Below, in pieces: positions 25,699 through 40,735 of a DNA stretch of 57,616 bases. The stretch is taken from contig JBEWZL010000203.1 in NCBI GenBank assembly GCA_045837725.1, positions 62,001-119,616 of the forward strand, written 5' to 3'. Below the pieces are notes generated by a model. That model did no database searches. It was given only the letters and a program-made list of their open reading frames with translations, and had not been told where the DNA came from. This DNA is from Vermamoeba vermiformis. Lineage: Eukaryota. The translations under genes and the position numbers were made by a program. How positions within the stretch are numbered: the first letter of the stretch is position 1; every line of letters begins with the position of its first letter.

Positions 25699-28600
25699 AT
25701 GTCACAACAGGCCACGCGACGTCTCCTCCCAATCCTAGCGCATCTGCGAACTGGAGCGGATGATTTCGACGATTTCAATAACATTAAAATTCAATTCACA
25801 AATGCCGAGGACGATGGACATTATTCAGGTAGACAAATTTTTCGATCCGATCACAAAAACCCACCACCGTCACAAATTCGATACCTTTTTGCTGCCAAAA
25901 TTATAAAATTATTTGTTATAAGCGCTATTTGGCTTAAGAAAGAGATTAACCATTTAAAAGCTCAGATCTCTAATGTAGCTTTCAATATTTTTGTTTCCTT
26001 GCGGTATACATCGGTAATGATGTGAAATATAATAATCTTATAATGTAAAACAGCTATTTCCATCGGGAATATTTCACTTCCCGTGCTCCGTCCTGAGCAT
26101 CCGCATCTGGTTCCGTTTTCCATGGCTCCGCGCTATTCAGGCGTAGATCTCCAGCTCGAAGAAATTCTAACGCACTTAAAATGGATGTTTCAAAAGGCTA
26201 AGTTGAGACAAGATATGTTTCTTATTGGGTAAGGATTTGATCCGCGGGTTCCGTTCAACCTCGAAATAATATTGAGAAAGTTAATCGCTTAATATGCGCA
26301 CTAATACTATTTTTAAAGTCCTCCTGGTCCAATGAGACGATGGATTACCATGAAATTTTGCGACATGACGAAACGAGAAATAGAATACGTGGCGCTGAAT
26401 AGGTACGGTCTTAAATAAAACACATCACGCTTATTTTAATTATTTTATAAATTAATTGATGTTTAGAGACACTACTGAGGCTGATTTGAAGCAACGAAGA
26501 GAGATCTCAAAGTATCCTTAACAATTCCTTTTTATTTTACAATAGACCGGCTCCCATTAAGGGCATTTTACTTTTTCCTTAACATATGTACAGTCGTTCA
26601 GTCGTCTACATCGATCAGGCAGCCGTTAAGTAAGTTTGTTTATTGAGATCCAGTCGCGTGGTACAACTGGTTAACCGTTTCACAGGGCAGCATTGTACGG
26701 CCGAATATTAATATTAGATGGCATCGAGAAGTGCGAACGAAATGTGTTGCCAGTGTTGAACAACTTGTTAGAGAACAGAGAAATGTTGCTCGAAGATGGT
26801 AGTTAAACTATAAGTCTCACGTGTTAACGGAAACCTAATTACTTCTTCTTATTTACAGGTCGATTCTTAGTCAGTTCTAAGAGATTTGACGCATTGCTTA
26901 AGACTCACAGCGAAGAAGAATTGAAGAATTTGAAACTCGTCAAAGTACACCAGAACTTTCAAGTAGTTGCCTTAGGCTTGCCGGTAAGATCATATGATAT
27001 AATACAAGCACGATTATTAACGATTGTTTAACAGGTCCCGCGCTTTGAGGGAAATTTGTTGGATCCGCCACTCAGATCTCGCTTTCAAGCACGTGATGTT
27101 AGAATCTCCGCAACGACTCAATATCAGATTATTACCTCTTTAGTGCCAAATGTAAGCGTGACATAACATTATCCACTTATTAATACTTTGTAGGTACCCA
27201 TAGAAAATGTGAAAAAGCTGATTAACTACGCCGAGGCATTGAGAACCATGCAAAATGTCAATGGTAAAGTAAACAACCATTATGAGCTGTGTTCTAATTG
27301 TTATTGTAGATCCTTCGAGCGCGGTATTATCGACGAGCAAGATGCTGTATTTAGCTGACAGTGCCATTCTCGACGTGTGCCGAGTATTGGCTTTGTTCCC
27401 TCACGCCTCATTACGGTAAATCCACAACAGTTGCAACTGTATCCATTCACGGGTGCTGAGTTTTCATTCAGATCGTTGTTATTCCGCGTGCATCCTGTGG
27501 AGTTAACAATGGATTCGACCGAGCGACAAGCCATTGAAGCTGCATTGGCGACGTTGCAAGTGACAAGTGTCAAAAGTGTCAAGTCAGGTGTCAAGACGAA
27601 GGACCACGTGCCTGATTTGGATGACAATTATCTATTTTTGGATTTGAAGCCAACTGTGAACCAAAACAACGCCCAGCATTATTCCGCAGTATTCAAGTCG
27701 TCACGTGACCAATCTATTGTCGAGATTCCTGTTCTGGGTGGTCATGCCGGAGATCAAAATGGAGTGACTCGCAGTGACAATATTAAATGGCAGCGTCCTT
27801 TCATTCAAACGCCGTACTTCAGTCTGTTCATCAGTACCGTGCTGCAGGACCACGCTATTGATGCCGATGTTTGCCTCGTAAGTGCTACGACCCCTTATTA
27901 GGAAAACAGACCAGTTCTAATGGCCTGTGTTTGACAGATTGGAGGCAAAGGCAGCGGAAAGACAGCACTGATTGAGGAGTTCGCAAAGGAGTTGAATTAC
28001 AACACATTTACTATTCAACTGTACAAAGACATGTCCGCACGTGACTTGTTGCAACGAAGATCGACCAATCAGAAAGGAGATACTGTCTGGATTGATTCAC
28101 CGATTGTACAAGCTGCCAAAGCGGTATTACATTTACTTTATCGTGTGCTAAACCATACTAATGCTTCTCAATTAGGGATCATTGTTAGTGTTGGACGGCA
28201 TCCACCGTTTGGCCCCGGGCACTTTGTCAATCATTCAGCGACTGATTCAGGAGCGTGAATTGAACTTGCCTGACGGCAGTTATTTAATGCGAAGTGAGCG
28301 GTATGAAGTCTTAGTACAGCAACTAGCGAAGATAAACGATGCGGGTAAGAGCTTTGCGCAATTTGGCTTGTTATTGTTTGGCAGCTGAATATTTTACAGG
28401 CGCAATTCAGGCAGTACGCGAACAATTAATGTCCCAAAAAATCTTCGCAATCCATCCTAGCTTCAGAATAGTAGCGCTGGCTGAACCTCCAGGCAAGATT
28501 GGACCATCTCGCTGGCTCAATTCTGAAATTTCATCGATGTTCCATTTCCACGTTCTTCGCGGCATTGACACAGTGGACAAGTTCCAAATGCTGGAGAAAA

Positions 28601-31600
28601 TGTTCCCTGGCCTCACTGGCCGAAGCAGAGAGGCTATTAAAGTGCTTTTTGATATGGTTGCCAAATTGGACAGTTACGCTGCTGCCCAAAATTCTAAACC
28701 AAATGAAAAAGACGAACAGATCGGTACGGACAATCGCCTTTTGATTATATAGAAGCTAATGTTACAATAGATGTCAATTTGTTGTACTCGGACGTTCCTC
28801 AACTATCATTGCGACAACTGATTCGCATTTGCAAGAAAATTACGCGACATCCGAATGACATGTACAACGCACTTGAAAACACATTGCTGACCAAGTTCTT
28901 GCCGATTGCAACCAGAAGAGCATTGGAAACGATCGTTGAAGAGTGCGGCGCTAATACCTTTGTTAGCAAACGACAGGACAACTCAGATCCGATTAAAATT
29001 GTTATCAACGAGGATAGTGTCAGTATCGGTAGGTTGATAAGCACCACATTATACAAGTCGGCTAATAGTGTCGTTAGATGACGTTTCGTGTGCTAGAAAC
29101 AAACCAAAGAATCCGGCGCTGGTGCCAGATATTTTGTTCTTTGAAGTCCCAAAGCACGTAGAAATCTTGAAAGAGATGTTAAAAGACTATCAACTCGGCG
29201 AGCACATCCTTCTGATCGGCAATCAAGGTGTTGGCAAGAACGTCTTGTCCGACAGATTGTTACAAATACTGCGCATTGAACGCGAGTACATTCAACTGCA
29301 CCGCGACACCACAGTGCAGACACTGACTTTGTTCCCTTCAATTCACAACGGCGTCTTGGTCTGGGAGGTATGTTCAAAGAATGCTATCAGTATTCGCAAA
29401 CATTTCTAATGCGCGTTGTAGGACTCGCCGTTAGTTCGAGCAGTGCGTGAAGGCCGCACACTAGTGGTAGATGAAGCAGATAAAGCACCTCTTGAAGTGG
29501 TTATCATCTTGAAGGGATTGGTGGAAGACGGCGAAATGTTGCTCTCTGACGGCCGACGAATTGTAAGTCGTTGTTGGGTTTGTTGTCACTTCGTTGTCCG
29601 AACTGAAATTATTTCACTAGTTACGCTTATCAAACTACAGTCCCGAAGTTCTGGCAACACTGCCTGCGAATATCGTGCCAATGCATCCTGAGTTCCGTAT
29701 GATCGTGTTGGCGAACAGACCCGGTTTTCCATTTTTGGGCAACAACTTCTTCCGCGAATGTGGCGATTGCTTCAGCAGGTAAGTTATAATAGGGAGGATT
29801 AATGCAAAGTACTAATACATTTTAGTCATATCGTGGATAATCCCGATCGTGAATCAGAGATTAAATTGTTGCAAGGGTATGGTCCACACGTAGATCCTGC
29901 ACTTGTTCTGCGATTGGTCTCTTTATTCGGCGACTTGCGTAGCAGTGTCGATCAGGGCTTGTTGTCTTATCCCTACTCTTTAAGGTAATTAAGATTAGTC
30001 AATTACACTGGTCTAATATAACTGCACAAAGAGAACTTGTCAACATTGTGAAGCATTTGGAGGCCTTCCCTAACGACACCATTTCACAAACCATCGAGAA
30101 CGTATTTGATTTCGACAACTACGATTCAAATCTCAAACAACATTTGGGCTCATTGTTCAATCGTCATGGCATTCCATTGACCGGTGGCTCGTTCACATTC
30201 AAGGTGAAATTAGCCGACGAAATCTCTTTGCCTCGACCCATTGCCACGGAGGTTATTAAGAAGAAACAAATTGGCTCTGAAGTCAAAATGCCGGTCGATT
30301 GTCCCGTTGTAACCACCAAATTGGAGCCCAAAGGAAACTGGCCTTATGAAGCTAATAGAGGCCTAAGAAACAAGTACGTTTTCCTAACCTCATTGTCAGA
30401 CTATCATTCTTACCGCACCTTTAAGGTCGTTATTACAGTCACGTGCTCAGATTTTCACTGAAGAAGTTTGCAACTGGCAAGTAGAGACTAAAGGCAGCAT
30501 TCTCGGCATGACGAACACGAGTGATGGCAGATTGCACGTGCTTGTCAGCAATCCGTTCCAAGTGTTGAGCTACACTCCTTCGTTCGAGGACTATGAAGTG
30601 CTTCAGTTGGCTGATCACATGCACTTCAGCTCACCGTTCAACAGCTACGCAAACATCTACGCTAACTCGGAGAATTCGGACATTATGGGCACACAGACCG
30701 ATGATAGCTTTGCCCTATATAGAACTGGTGGAGCAAGTTCATCGACCGTGCGAAGATATTTGCCGCCTGCTGCTATAATTAGTGCCTTGGACGATGGCAG
30801 CTACGTGCTATTCATCGCCTCGCTGAATATGGTTATCAAAATAGACCCGATACGCAAACTCGTGCAGCCATTTGCAATTCCTGATTTAACACGTCAAAAC
30901 AGCGGTCCTTTGTTTGCCGTATTTGGCAAGCGTGTATTTGCAAACGTTCGTCAAGCCACGCAGACAACAAACTTTTCCGGCTACAATCAACGTCAAGTCT
31001 TTATGCTGGACAGTCTAGCCAACAAAGGCGTATTAGGTAGGTCCATTACTTTGGATTGTTAGTTGGGCTAATAATGTTGTTAGTGTTTTTGAGAAAGTAC
31101 GCCGCTGATTTTGCCGTGATGAATTTTGCCAAGCAACAAAGTACAGTAATCTCAATCCCAATTGAAGATTTTGAGATCGAAACCATTCAATTCATTGAAA
31201 CCAGCTGGTGGCTGATAATCGAGAAGTCTCGAAAGAATGTCTTATTGAACTGGTAACGTCTGCATTTTCTTGGATTTAGTTGCTAATTTCCATTTTAGGA
31301 AACAAGCGGAGAATAAGTTCGAGCTGTATTTTATCGACATGAAAGTGTTCACTGATCAAGCGCGGGAGGATTTATACAAGACCATCCCGACCACTATTCG
31401 CGAGCATTTTTTTGCTTCACTGAACACAATTCCAAATTACTTCAACAACATCTACACCTATCTTCAAGTAAGTCTATATTAGTATTTGGCAAAGACAACT
31501 AACGTTAACATGTTATTAGTATTCGGCCAATCCCGTTGCAGCTGTGATCGAAAAGGACAGCAATGTTTTTATCGAATCATTCTTGCGGCCAATGGAGGAC

Positions 31601-33495
31601 AGAAAGCGACCCTTGCACAGTCAACACTTGCGCAAAACAAATCAAATTCTCAATTTGTGTTTGAACCCTGAAAATCAAGAGGCTTCGACAAAGCAGGAAC
31701 GAGATCCGAAGTTGGTGCTCGAACTCGTGGATCGCGAGAAACGCACAGTCAGGGCGTTAGAAATATTGCCGAGTGACGCTGTTGATCCCTCCTCGAAATT
31801 GAACAGCGCTTATTTGCCTGTCAGCACGTCAACTAGCTCTCGTACAGAGCTCTTCAAGGTAACTTCAAACTCCTTCCAAATAAGGAAATGTTATTTATTC
31901 TATTATAGATTGTCGCCTTTTCCGAGTTGCCCAACGGAGATTTGGTAACGGTGCAAGAGAACGGCCAAGTTCGTGTTTGGGAAGTAGATATCAAGCGTCT
32001 CAATGCGGCACTGAAACAATGGCAAAAGATTATTGGTCAAGATTTGGTCAAGTCTAATGACGATTCATTGAAAGTGACCTACGATTATGATGGCAAAAAA
32101 GAAGCAACTGGCCCAAAGTACGGCAAAGTAGATCCGACCGGAGATCCGCACACGGGCGGAAATACTTGGGCTGGCGGCACCGGTAATATTAAGCCATTAA
32201 TTTTTATTATGGAGCTCCATAATGAATGATATGTACTAGGTGGTGCCAATACGGCAGGAATGGGCGGCAAAGGCGGACCTTACCGCTTAGACTCCGGCCA
32301 CAATGTTGCCCAAATTTCAAAAGAAGAAAAGGCTAAAGTATCGAAAGAAGTCACTGAAGCAGCACGTGCCATGGCCAAGGTACGAATGTGTGATGAAATT
32401 TCAGCAAAGTCTGATTTGTTCCCAGGCTGCACTTGAGCAAAGACTGCGCGAGATCAATATGAACGAGTTTGAAGCTCAAAAGTACATCAGATACGTAGCG
32501 CCAGTGCAATTCGAAATCAAACAATTACGCGCTATCTTGGAGGCCGCTCAAGCAAAGGTACGGATCTGAATCTCGGCAGGGGGAAATCTTACGAGTTGAT
32601 GTAGGGCAAGGAGCGCGAGTGGGGTCGCATGAAGAGCACGGGAGAGTTAGATGATACTCGCATCGTTGAAGGCATCACTGGAGATAGAAATGTTTACAAG
32701 ATCCGCGAAAATCAGAAACCGCGATTTGGTACGGAATTTCACTGGCTTATTGTATGATCTTTAACTAATAATAACAATGGTGCAGGTTCTCCTCAAGAAA
32801 AACCAAAGAGAATGCGCTTCGTGATGGACATTAGCGGATCAATGTATCGCTTCAACTCACAAGACAAAAGACTCGACCGATTACTGCAGGTCACTGCAAT
32901 GATTATGGAAAGTCTTCAAGGTTTCGAACAGAAGTTCTCGTACAGCATTGTCGGTCATTCTGGTGATTCTCCTGAAATTCCGCTGGTCGAGTACGACAAA
33001 CCTCCAAAGAATGCTAAAGAACGCTTGCAAGTACTCGAAAAAATGTCAGCTCACTCTCAATACTGTTCTTCTGGCGATACTACCGTGCAGGCCACTCAAT
33101 GGGCGGTAAGTGCTTTACTTGGATAGCGTTTAGGATCTGACTTAGTTTTCGACTAGATCCGTAATGTCGTCCGTGAGGAGGCTGACGAGCACTTTGTATT
33201 CGTTTTCAGCGATGCAAATCTTTCTAGATATGATATCAAGCCTCAAGAGCTCGCTATTGTAAGTTACAAGAACCTCAGTTTACAAAACATTTGTTTACTT
33301 TTCGTTTGACAGGAATTGATGAGAGACGCACGAGTAAGGGCATACGCAATTTTTATCGCGTCGTTCGTGGATGAGGCCGAGCAGTTAAAGAAAGGCCTGC
33401 CGTTAGGTCGTGGTTACGTCTGCTTGGATCCGGCTGCTATACCGCTGACATTTAAACAAATCTTTGCCGAACAAACACTAGACAGTGACTATTGA
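25699..33495 (+). CDS. VWA8: von Willebrand factor A domain-containing protein 8 (triple AAA module plus VWA)
   Basis: RDTTEADLKQRRE, GGKGSGKT, GNQGVGKN, IQLHRDTTVQTL, VDEADKAP, PHTGGNTWAGGTGG and the VWA motif FVMDISGSMYRFN. Confidence 0.95.
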
Positions 33496-33669
33496 TTCTA
33501 GCTGGATCAGATAGTCAGGCCAGAAAAAATTTAGATTTGTGCGACGGGACGCGAGAGATCCGTCCGGGTCTACGAAATAAAATTGATAATTTTTTCAGCT
33601 AACAAATTTAGAATTTCTCTTCGTTGTTGTAGTATTGTTAAGGCACAAGCACAAAAAGGAAGATCATAG

Positions 33670-35944
33670 ATGGAAAAAAACGATCTAGAACCAGTGTTCT
33701 ACAGGGGGCTGGTTCGTACCGAATTGGACCACCGATCCGGTTACTAACCCTCAATTAAATTTATTTTAGGGCGAAGAATATCAAAGAAAAATTAATGAGC
33801 ATAATTATGAAATCAAAAACAAAAGTCTTTTTACTGCGGTAGGTCGAGAGAAGAAAACGGATTAGTTTCAATCACTTTAAAAATACCAAGCGCTTTCTGC
33901 GTAATTTTTAAGTCTTTCAATCCAATATATAAGTACTTTTCTGACATACCGAAATATTGTAGAATCATTCAATAAGCGTAACAGAAAAAATCGCGGATGG
34001 GGTTCACAGATCCGATGGTTTGAGCCCAAAATTCTGTTCGTAAGTTTTTGCACCCATTTATGCAGTATTTATTGCTAAATTTCACCAAAGGGAGCTATTG
34101 GAAGAAATTGAGACAGCCGCACAGATCTCGACCAATTTATTAGTAAGCAAATAGCTTAACGACTTAATTAAGTCAAATTGATGAACGGACCTCGTGTATT
34201 AAATACATGAATTGTTGTATTTTCAAGATATTGCCATTCTGAACCAGAATGTCATGTGTGTAACACGTTTCTATTTTTAGGACCGAACTGGCGTGGATCT
34301 ATTGAGTGTCAACTTCGACGTGGTCGTCAATAATATAATTGCCGCACTACTGCCTACCATCAAGCAAGTGCTTGAGTTCAACGTCGGCTCTAATTGCACA
34401 TTGTCACTCTTGTCTGCCTATGTCGTTGGCTATCAATATAACAGACCTTCGCATCACCCGGTTCATGCCGATGACAGCGACATCACGCTGAATATCAATC
34501 TTGGCAAGACATTCGACGGCGGAGATTTGTTCTTTTTGGATCCAGTCACGAAGCAAATCGTTGGTATGTGCCCCTATTCTAGTATCAGCTGTTAGTTATT
34601 AATGGCTGTGTTAGGTTCTACGTCGCACAGCGTAGGAAAAGTGATCATTCACGCGGGTGATATGCCGCACGGAGCGAAAACGCTTAAATCCGGTGAAAGG
34701 TTTGACGAACACTTTCTATGGTAACCTTATGCTAACCACCCACTAGATATAATTTAATCATATGGCTGAAGAAGCAGTACGCTTTCGAGCAGTTCTCCGC
34801 GCTACCAAAAGAAGTGCAACGATACGCGCTGAATTCGATGGATGTGCGACAGTTGTGCCGACTGGCTCAAACTTGCAAAGCTATGAAAGCTATGATATAC
34901 GAAGCTGATAGCACATGGGCGAGATTTATACCTGTTAATGACGATGTACGTAGCGTACAAGATGTTTCGCGCTTGTGGTCGGAACTAACTTCAAAACTAG
35001 AGCGAAGAAAATTCAAGTGCCAATCGCTTATCAGTTATTGATATGTACAGACGAAACAAGTTTTCCGATCGAAAGATCTTGACTATTGTGAGAGAAATCA
35101 TCTACACGGAACGAGTGTACTTTGGATCACTCAAACACGCGTTGATTGTACGTCATAATACCCGTTTATTCAATATCGATCTAATCGTTACGCAGCACGG
35201 ACTTCAGCCTCTATACGAAGCTAATTCTGACATGATAAATGCCAAAGATGCGTCAATTGTGACAGATCTGCAACAGATAGTTGAGTGTCACGAACTAGTG
35301 CTTCGAGAGCTTGACAATTGCGTTGATTTGCATAAGAAGGAAGACGAGCTCAATGTGCTAAATTTAGTGACCATATTCGACCTGTTGGTACGAGCGCAAT
35401 TCTTTTCGAATTGCCTGTTTTTAACTTTATTCCGCAGCTCCAACGGCTAGAGAGCTACAGACAATACGTCGCCAAATATGAGGAGCTTAAAAATCTACTG
35501 CGCCAATGCGAAGACAACAAACACGCCAGGAAATTCCTTTTGGTATGCCCTTAGAGCAGGCTTATGCCGAGGTGCTAACATCATACGTTCAGGAATTTAA
35601 AGACCTACCCGAGTCTAAAGGCCTCACTCTCGAAAGCTTTATGATAATGCCCTTAAGAAGAGTGCCGCGGTATCAGTTATTATTCACAGTAAGTTTGAGC
35701 TTGGGTGGCTAAAACCGGTTGCTGATTTTGGATACCAAAATAGGAAATGCAGAAGTTCGTTGGTTCACTGAGCAACGGCGAAGATGTCGCTAATTTGACG
35801 CAACATCTCGTGGATGCCACCAAACTGTATAGCGAGGCTGTTAATATTGACGCTAGAGCACGTGAACAACGCGAAGCGGAAGAAGATGAGAACGATAAAG
35901 AGATCGCGCAAAGGGTCACAAACGATGTACTATCTCTTAATTAA
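33670..35944 (+). CDS. 2OG-Fe(II) oxygenase + F-box + RhoGEF (DH) domain protein
   Basis: HADDSDITLNINLGKTFDGGDL...HGA...GERYNLIIW, then F-box LPKEVQRYALNSMDVRQLCRLAQTCK, then DH motifs VREIIYTERVY and LESFMIMPLRRVPRYQLL. Confidence 0.8.
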
Positions 35945-35979
35945 ATCATTTTTTACATATTTACAAGGCTACAGTCGTG

Positions 35980-37491
35980 CTAATCATAACTACTGCTTTT
36001 AAAGAAAGAAAAGGAAGAGGCGTTATTCTTTGGAGAATCGAAAGTAAAAACAAATGGCTGCGCGTTACTGTTTGGCTGCGGCTGTGGAGGTGCGTTGAAT
36101 ACAAATCCATTGCTGTTATTTTGCTGCGGTGGATTGAATGCATTGTTGTTCACTGCTGTTTTTTGGCGTGGGACTTCAGGAGCTTTGAACTGAAACGCAG
36201 GTTGTGAATCAAACTGGAAATCGAACTTGGGCTTAGGCTGTTGTTGATTCATTTTAAACGGATTTTCTTCTTCAAAGCCGAACTTGTTTCTATTAAATAT
36301 GAACTCAAGATAAATAGCGTTACTAAAAGTGAATCTTCATACCTGCTTTGCTGATTGCCTTTAATTCGCTCGAGCTCGTTCTTTAATTTGTTAATCTCCT
36401 CGCTCATGCTCGCTTCTCGTTCAATAACTGCACCAATGTGCAGATCCGAGTCTTCGATCATGTGCTTGTGGTACTCAGGTCTAAGGCCCTAATAACCGCA
36501 ATTAGGTCATGGTCATGTCGTGGTGTAGGGAGTCTACGTACTGTAAATTGGCAACCGAACTGCGCAAACGGGCAAGTCAATGTGATTTTCAAGCACTCCT
36601 TTTGGTGATGACGTTGCAAATCTTCTCTGAGGAGAGCAACTTTGCAATTCGGGCACAAGATTTGAGCCTTCGAGCACCACGTGCTGATATGTTCCTATTG
36701 AATTACTCGTTAGATCCAACATCGGTGCCCTATTCATGAGACCAGAAGTTTGGTATGAATGGTACTTACGGGCATAGCATCCAATGTAATCACTAGTGTG
36801 CATTGAATGCACGGAGTTGGTCGTTTTGAGCAAAATTCGCGCTGATGCGTTGCGGCATCCTTTTTGATAACTATATCGCCGCATTGATTACTATTTAACC
36901 GTAATTAAGCAAAACCAATAAATAGAATAACACTTAATACGTACGCGCACAGTATTTCCACGAACTCGCAGTTAAGCAGGTGATCTTTTACGATCCCTCG
37001 CGTTAGTTTAGAGGTGCAACCTCGTTGAGTATTGGGGCACTCGCCAGGCAGGCTATTAATCATTCTGTTTATCATATTAATATTAATACTTGACAGGCAA
37101 GCGCGTTGCAGAAAAGTTAGAAAGAATTCAATTTAATTTTTTGATCCAGGATTGACCAATAATTATTTTAATTAAGATATTTTCAATTACCTTTGAATGG
37201 GTACATTCGGTACAATATCGTGTGCTGTAAGTGCTTTCCTGCAGGATGGGCAGGATCTTTTTAATTTCAACCAGTCCTCAATGCAGCCTTTAATAAAACA
37301 AATAAATCTCATGCTCCCAAAATATCGTTTTAATTTTTGGTTATTAATTCAACTAGCTGCTCTTTTAAAAGAGTGAAATTGCCATTCGATCGGAACTTAC
37401 GTTTACAGAAGCAATGATGACAGCATTTGGTCTCCATCGCGTCGTCTAATTTATCTGCACATATTGAGCAGTCAAAAATACCTTCGTCCAT
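35980..37491 (-). CDS. RING finger plus TRAF-type zinc finger protein with coiled coil and F/N/Q-rich tail
   Basis: CSIC...CCHHCFC..CIEDW...CPSC RING; CPN..RGC, CPNCK...HHQKEC and CPFAQFGC zinc fingers. Confidence 0.88.
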
Positions 37492-37574
37492 TGTTGTGAC
37501 GCTACCCCAAAAAGAAAAATAAATTCTGGCGTTCTTTTTCTTTCTTTGTGATTTTCTCTTTGATCATTAATGCA

Positions 37575-39270
37575 ATGTCAAAGAGAAAAGTAATTGATGC
37601 CTCATTTTCGCCAAATAAAAAGCAGAAAGTCACCGGCGACGTCGAAATCCAAAGCAATCCACTAAAAATCAAAGATATTCTCATAACAATATTCAAACAT
37701 CTGTTTAAAATCAATCCTGCGTTGTTTGGAACTGCGCTTCTCGTCTCTAAAGAGTAAGCATTGAAATCAAATCCGATCGAACGATGTATTTGGCTTTTAT
37801 TTTAGAAAGCCCCAAAAAATTATGTATTTCAAACAATTGTATTTGCACATTTTTTTAAATATTTTTCTTGGCTGATGGCCTTTTATGTTTGGCGATCTGG
37901 ATCTAATCAGCATTTGATTTAGGTGGCGCAGCGCTCTACATTCCAAATTCTTATGGCATTCGCTCAAATATTATTCGCTAAATACCCATGGAGACTCTAT
38001 AAGCTCCGAAATGTTCATATTCTTCTTGAGTTCTGCGGTAACACGCGATCTTGAAGTCAAACAGTCTAAAATATTAGACCGCCTTCAAACTATTCGACAC
38101 CAGCGATTAGACAAAATAGTCAAACTATGCGGGGTGCCAGAGAATAGGTTAGTTGTTTTGTAAGTATTAATAGTATAATACTAATCGGGCGCTGAAATTT
38201 AGCGTACACGCACGCAACTTGAAAACAAAATTATGCGCAGAAGCGCGCGCACAAAAGCTCGAGGACTGCGCCGATAAGATGGCGGACATACCTGGAAATA
38301 TACGTAAGCGTCTAATTTGCTATTCTACGAGTTTAGCTAATGTATTTAGTGATAAACCTATTTATTACGGCACAACTGCCACCGTCTCTCTTCGTGCGCG
38401 TGCTCGATATGTGCAATCGTATGGGCTACTACTGTAGCTTTATTGATGCGCACTACATATTCGGTGCATTCCGCGAAGCATTGAAGGGCAGAGATCTTGT
38501 GGTTGATGAAGGTACTGCTTGGTCCTAACGTCATTGATTCGTAATTAACACTTCATATGCGTAGCTGCACAATATGAAAGAATGGATTACGATGAAGAAG
38601 GATCTGGCTACTTGATCAGAATGACGAGGTGAGTTTCCCGCGAATTTTTTCAACTACATTGAGCTCACTTCGTGGCAGGTTGACATCGCATATCGTAGAA
38701 TTTCTTAAGAGAAGCTCTGTATTGTTGTGCAAAGTTGAAACATTCGATTCTGTTGTGCCGCAAGACGAGTCCTGTCGATACGCGTGGATCAACTTCTTGC
38801 CGAACGACCGATTCTTGCTGTGCTTCGTTTCGTTCTCGGAAGATGTTCTCTATCAACAATTCGTCTTTGTTGTCAAGGTATGATCAAGGCAAATTTGATA
38901 AAGCCACAGCTAACGCACGTCAAATTAGGGCAAGACTACCACAGGCGAAATCGAACTGGCCGATCATTTTTCTCACCTCTACGATGTACCTACGGAAGTG
39001 AATGACGATTATTGGACTACAATGAAGAGAGCTTGGCAGGAATTGCTCGAGCTTACCGATGAGCAAGTGAAACAGATCTCAGAATTCTACGACAATGAAG
39101 ACTCCTGGCACTGTTCCTTACTACAATCATTTACTAATGATAGTAACGAGTTTGCTCCCGAGACATTCATTAAAGTAGCGAAGCATTTGAAGATCCGCAA
39201 GGGCATTCCGGGCCAAACAGTTACCATCACAATAGACATCGACGAACCATCTGCCGAAGATGATGTATAA
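37575..39270 (+). CDS. F-box-like protein of unknown function with basic NLS-like N-terminus
   Basis: MSKRK...KKQK, then NPLKIKDILITIFKHL...LVSKEWR. Exons join through canonical introns. Confidence 0.6.
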
Positions 39271-39394
39271 TAGACGAATGTAAATAACAAATTTCGACCA
39301 ATCAATAACTTCCGGGAAGGGAGATTTCTTGTGGACTAAAATCCAGTACGCGACAAACAAATCTAATCAATTTAGCAGTAGAACGAGCACAAAC

Positions 39395-40512
39395 ATGTCT
39401 ATGTCGATGTTATTCGAGCAAATTAACGATATTAAACAGCTATTTAGCGAAACTTCGAAACAGTTAGAGAACGAGAAGCTCAAGACTGACCAGATTCGCG
39501 AGGCTATTGCGACAACCGAGCGAGAGAGTCAAAGCTATTCGGAAATAAATTCTGAATTAACAAGGTAATATATTAATTAAAGCGAGGCACTGATCGTTGT
39601 CCAGCGAGATTGCCAGAATCGCTCGAATTACGCAAGAGCGTCAATTTTCTGTCGAGTTTAATCAACAAAAAAAGGAACAGTTGCTTCAAAAATGCTCTAA
39701 TATTAAAGAAGAAATATCCATTGTTCAAACGAAACGAGACACTGATCGGTAAGTAAGTTTCAAATCCAATTCTGAAGTATTAAACCGAGCAGATCGCAGT
39801 TCGAAAAGAGAATCGAAGAATTTAATATCGATGCCGAAGATGAACCTGCTGTTATAGAACAAAAAATTGAGCGAAGCATCGTCAACGTTGAAGGCGAACT
39901 TCTTCGCGCCAGAAAGAAATTGGATGCGCTGAACGAGACCGTGGCTGCTAAGAAAAAGAAATGCGAAGAGCTGAACTCCATCAATACGCTTAAAAACAGC
40001 CTGCAAGGTACTTACTAATATTCCTTACGTCGCTAACTCCGCGGCAGTCAAGCAGATCGAAAAACAAACTCAAATGGAGGCACTTACAATGCTTGAGCGA
40101 CAACTCGACGATGTTAAGAAGCAACATGATGACGCCATCAGGTAAATGGGAGTTAGAATAACGAGAAGGATGCTGGATCTGATCTTCCATGTAAACAGCT
40201 CGCGGTTGGTGGAGGCTCTAGAGAGCAAGAAAGACTTGTCGGACTATTGCACTGCGCTGAAGCATCAATTAGATGACGTGAGACAGACGAACCAAGAGTT
40301 GTTGCTCCAATTAGAGCGGAAAAAAACAGCGCATGTCTCTCAGCTGCCGAAGTAAGCTTAATTTAATATTTCTAATAACGTACCTCCGCATTTCTGCAGT
40401 TGTTGACTATATTGTAATCAGAGAGAATCAATTTGAGCCACCACAAAACGTGCTCGAAGCAGATGACGAAAGTTTGTACGATGAATTTTTCGCGGCCACC
40501 CAAGTGAAGTGA
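39395..40512 (+). CDS. Coiled-coil protein of unknown function
   Basis: Multi-exon E/K/Q/L-rich heptad-like translation with canonical introns. Confidence 0.7.
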
Positions 40513-40735
40513 AATTAGCGTGATATTTTGCGCCGTTATTTCTCCTTGTAAACACATTAATTAATGTGCTCTCGTGTTTGTTTAGGCGAATGATTGAAAT
40601 GTCCTCCAACTTTTTTTAACAAAATCTTCATTTTTTGTTGCTGCCACCACAACCACAATAAGCAACGTACCTTGCGAAATTATGTTAATAATTCATTAAT
40701 TTTTTATTTGGTAATTATCTATCGTATCTATTATT

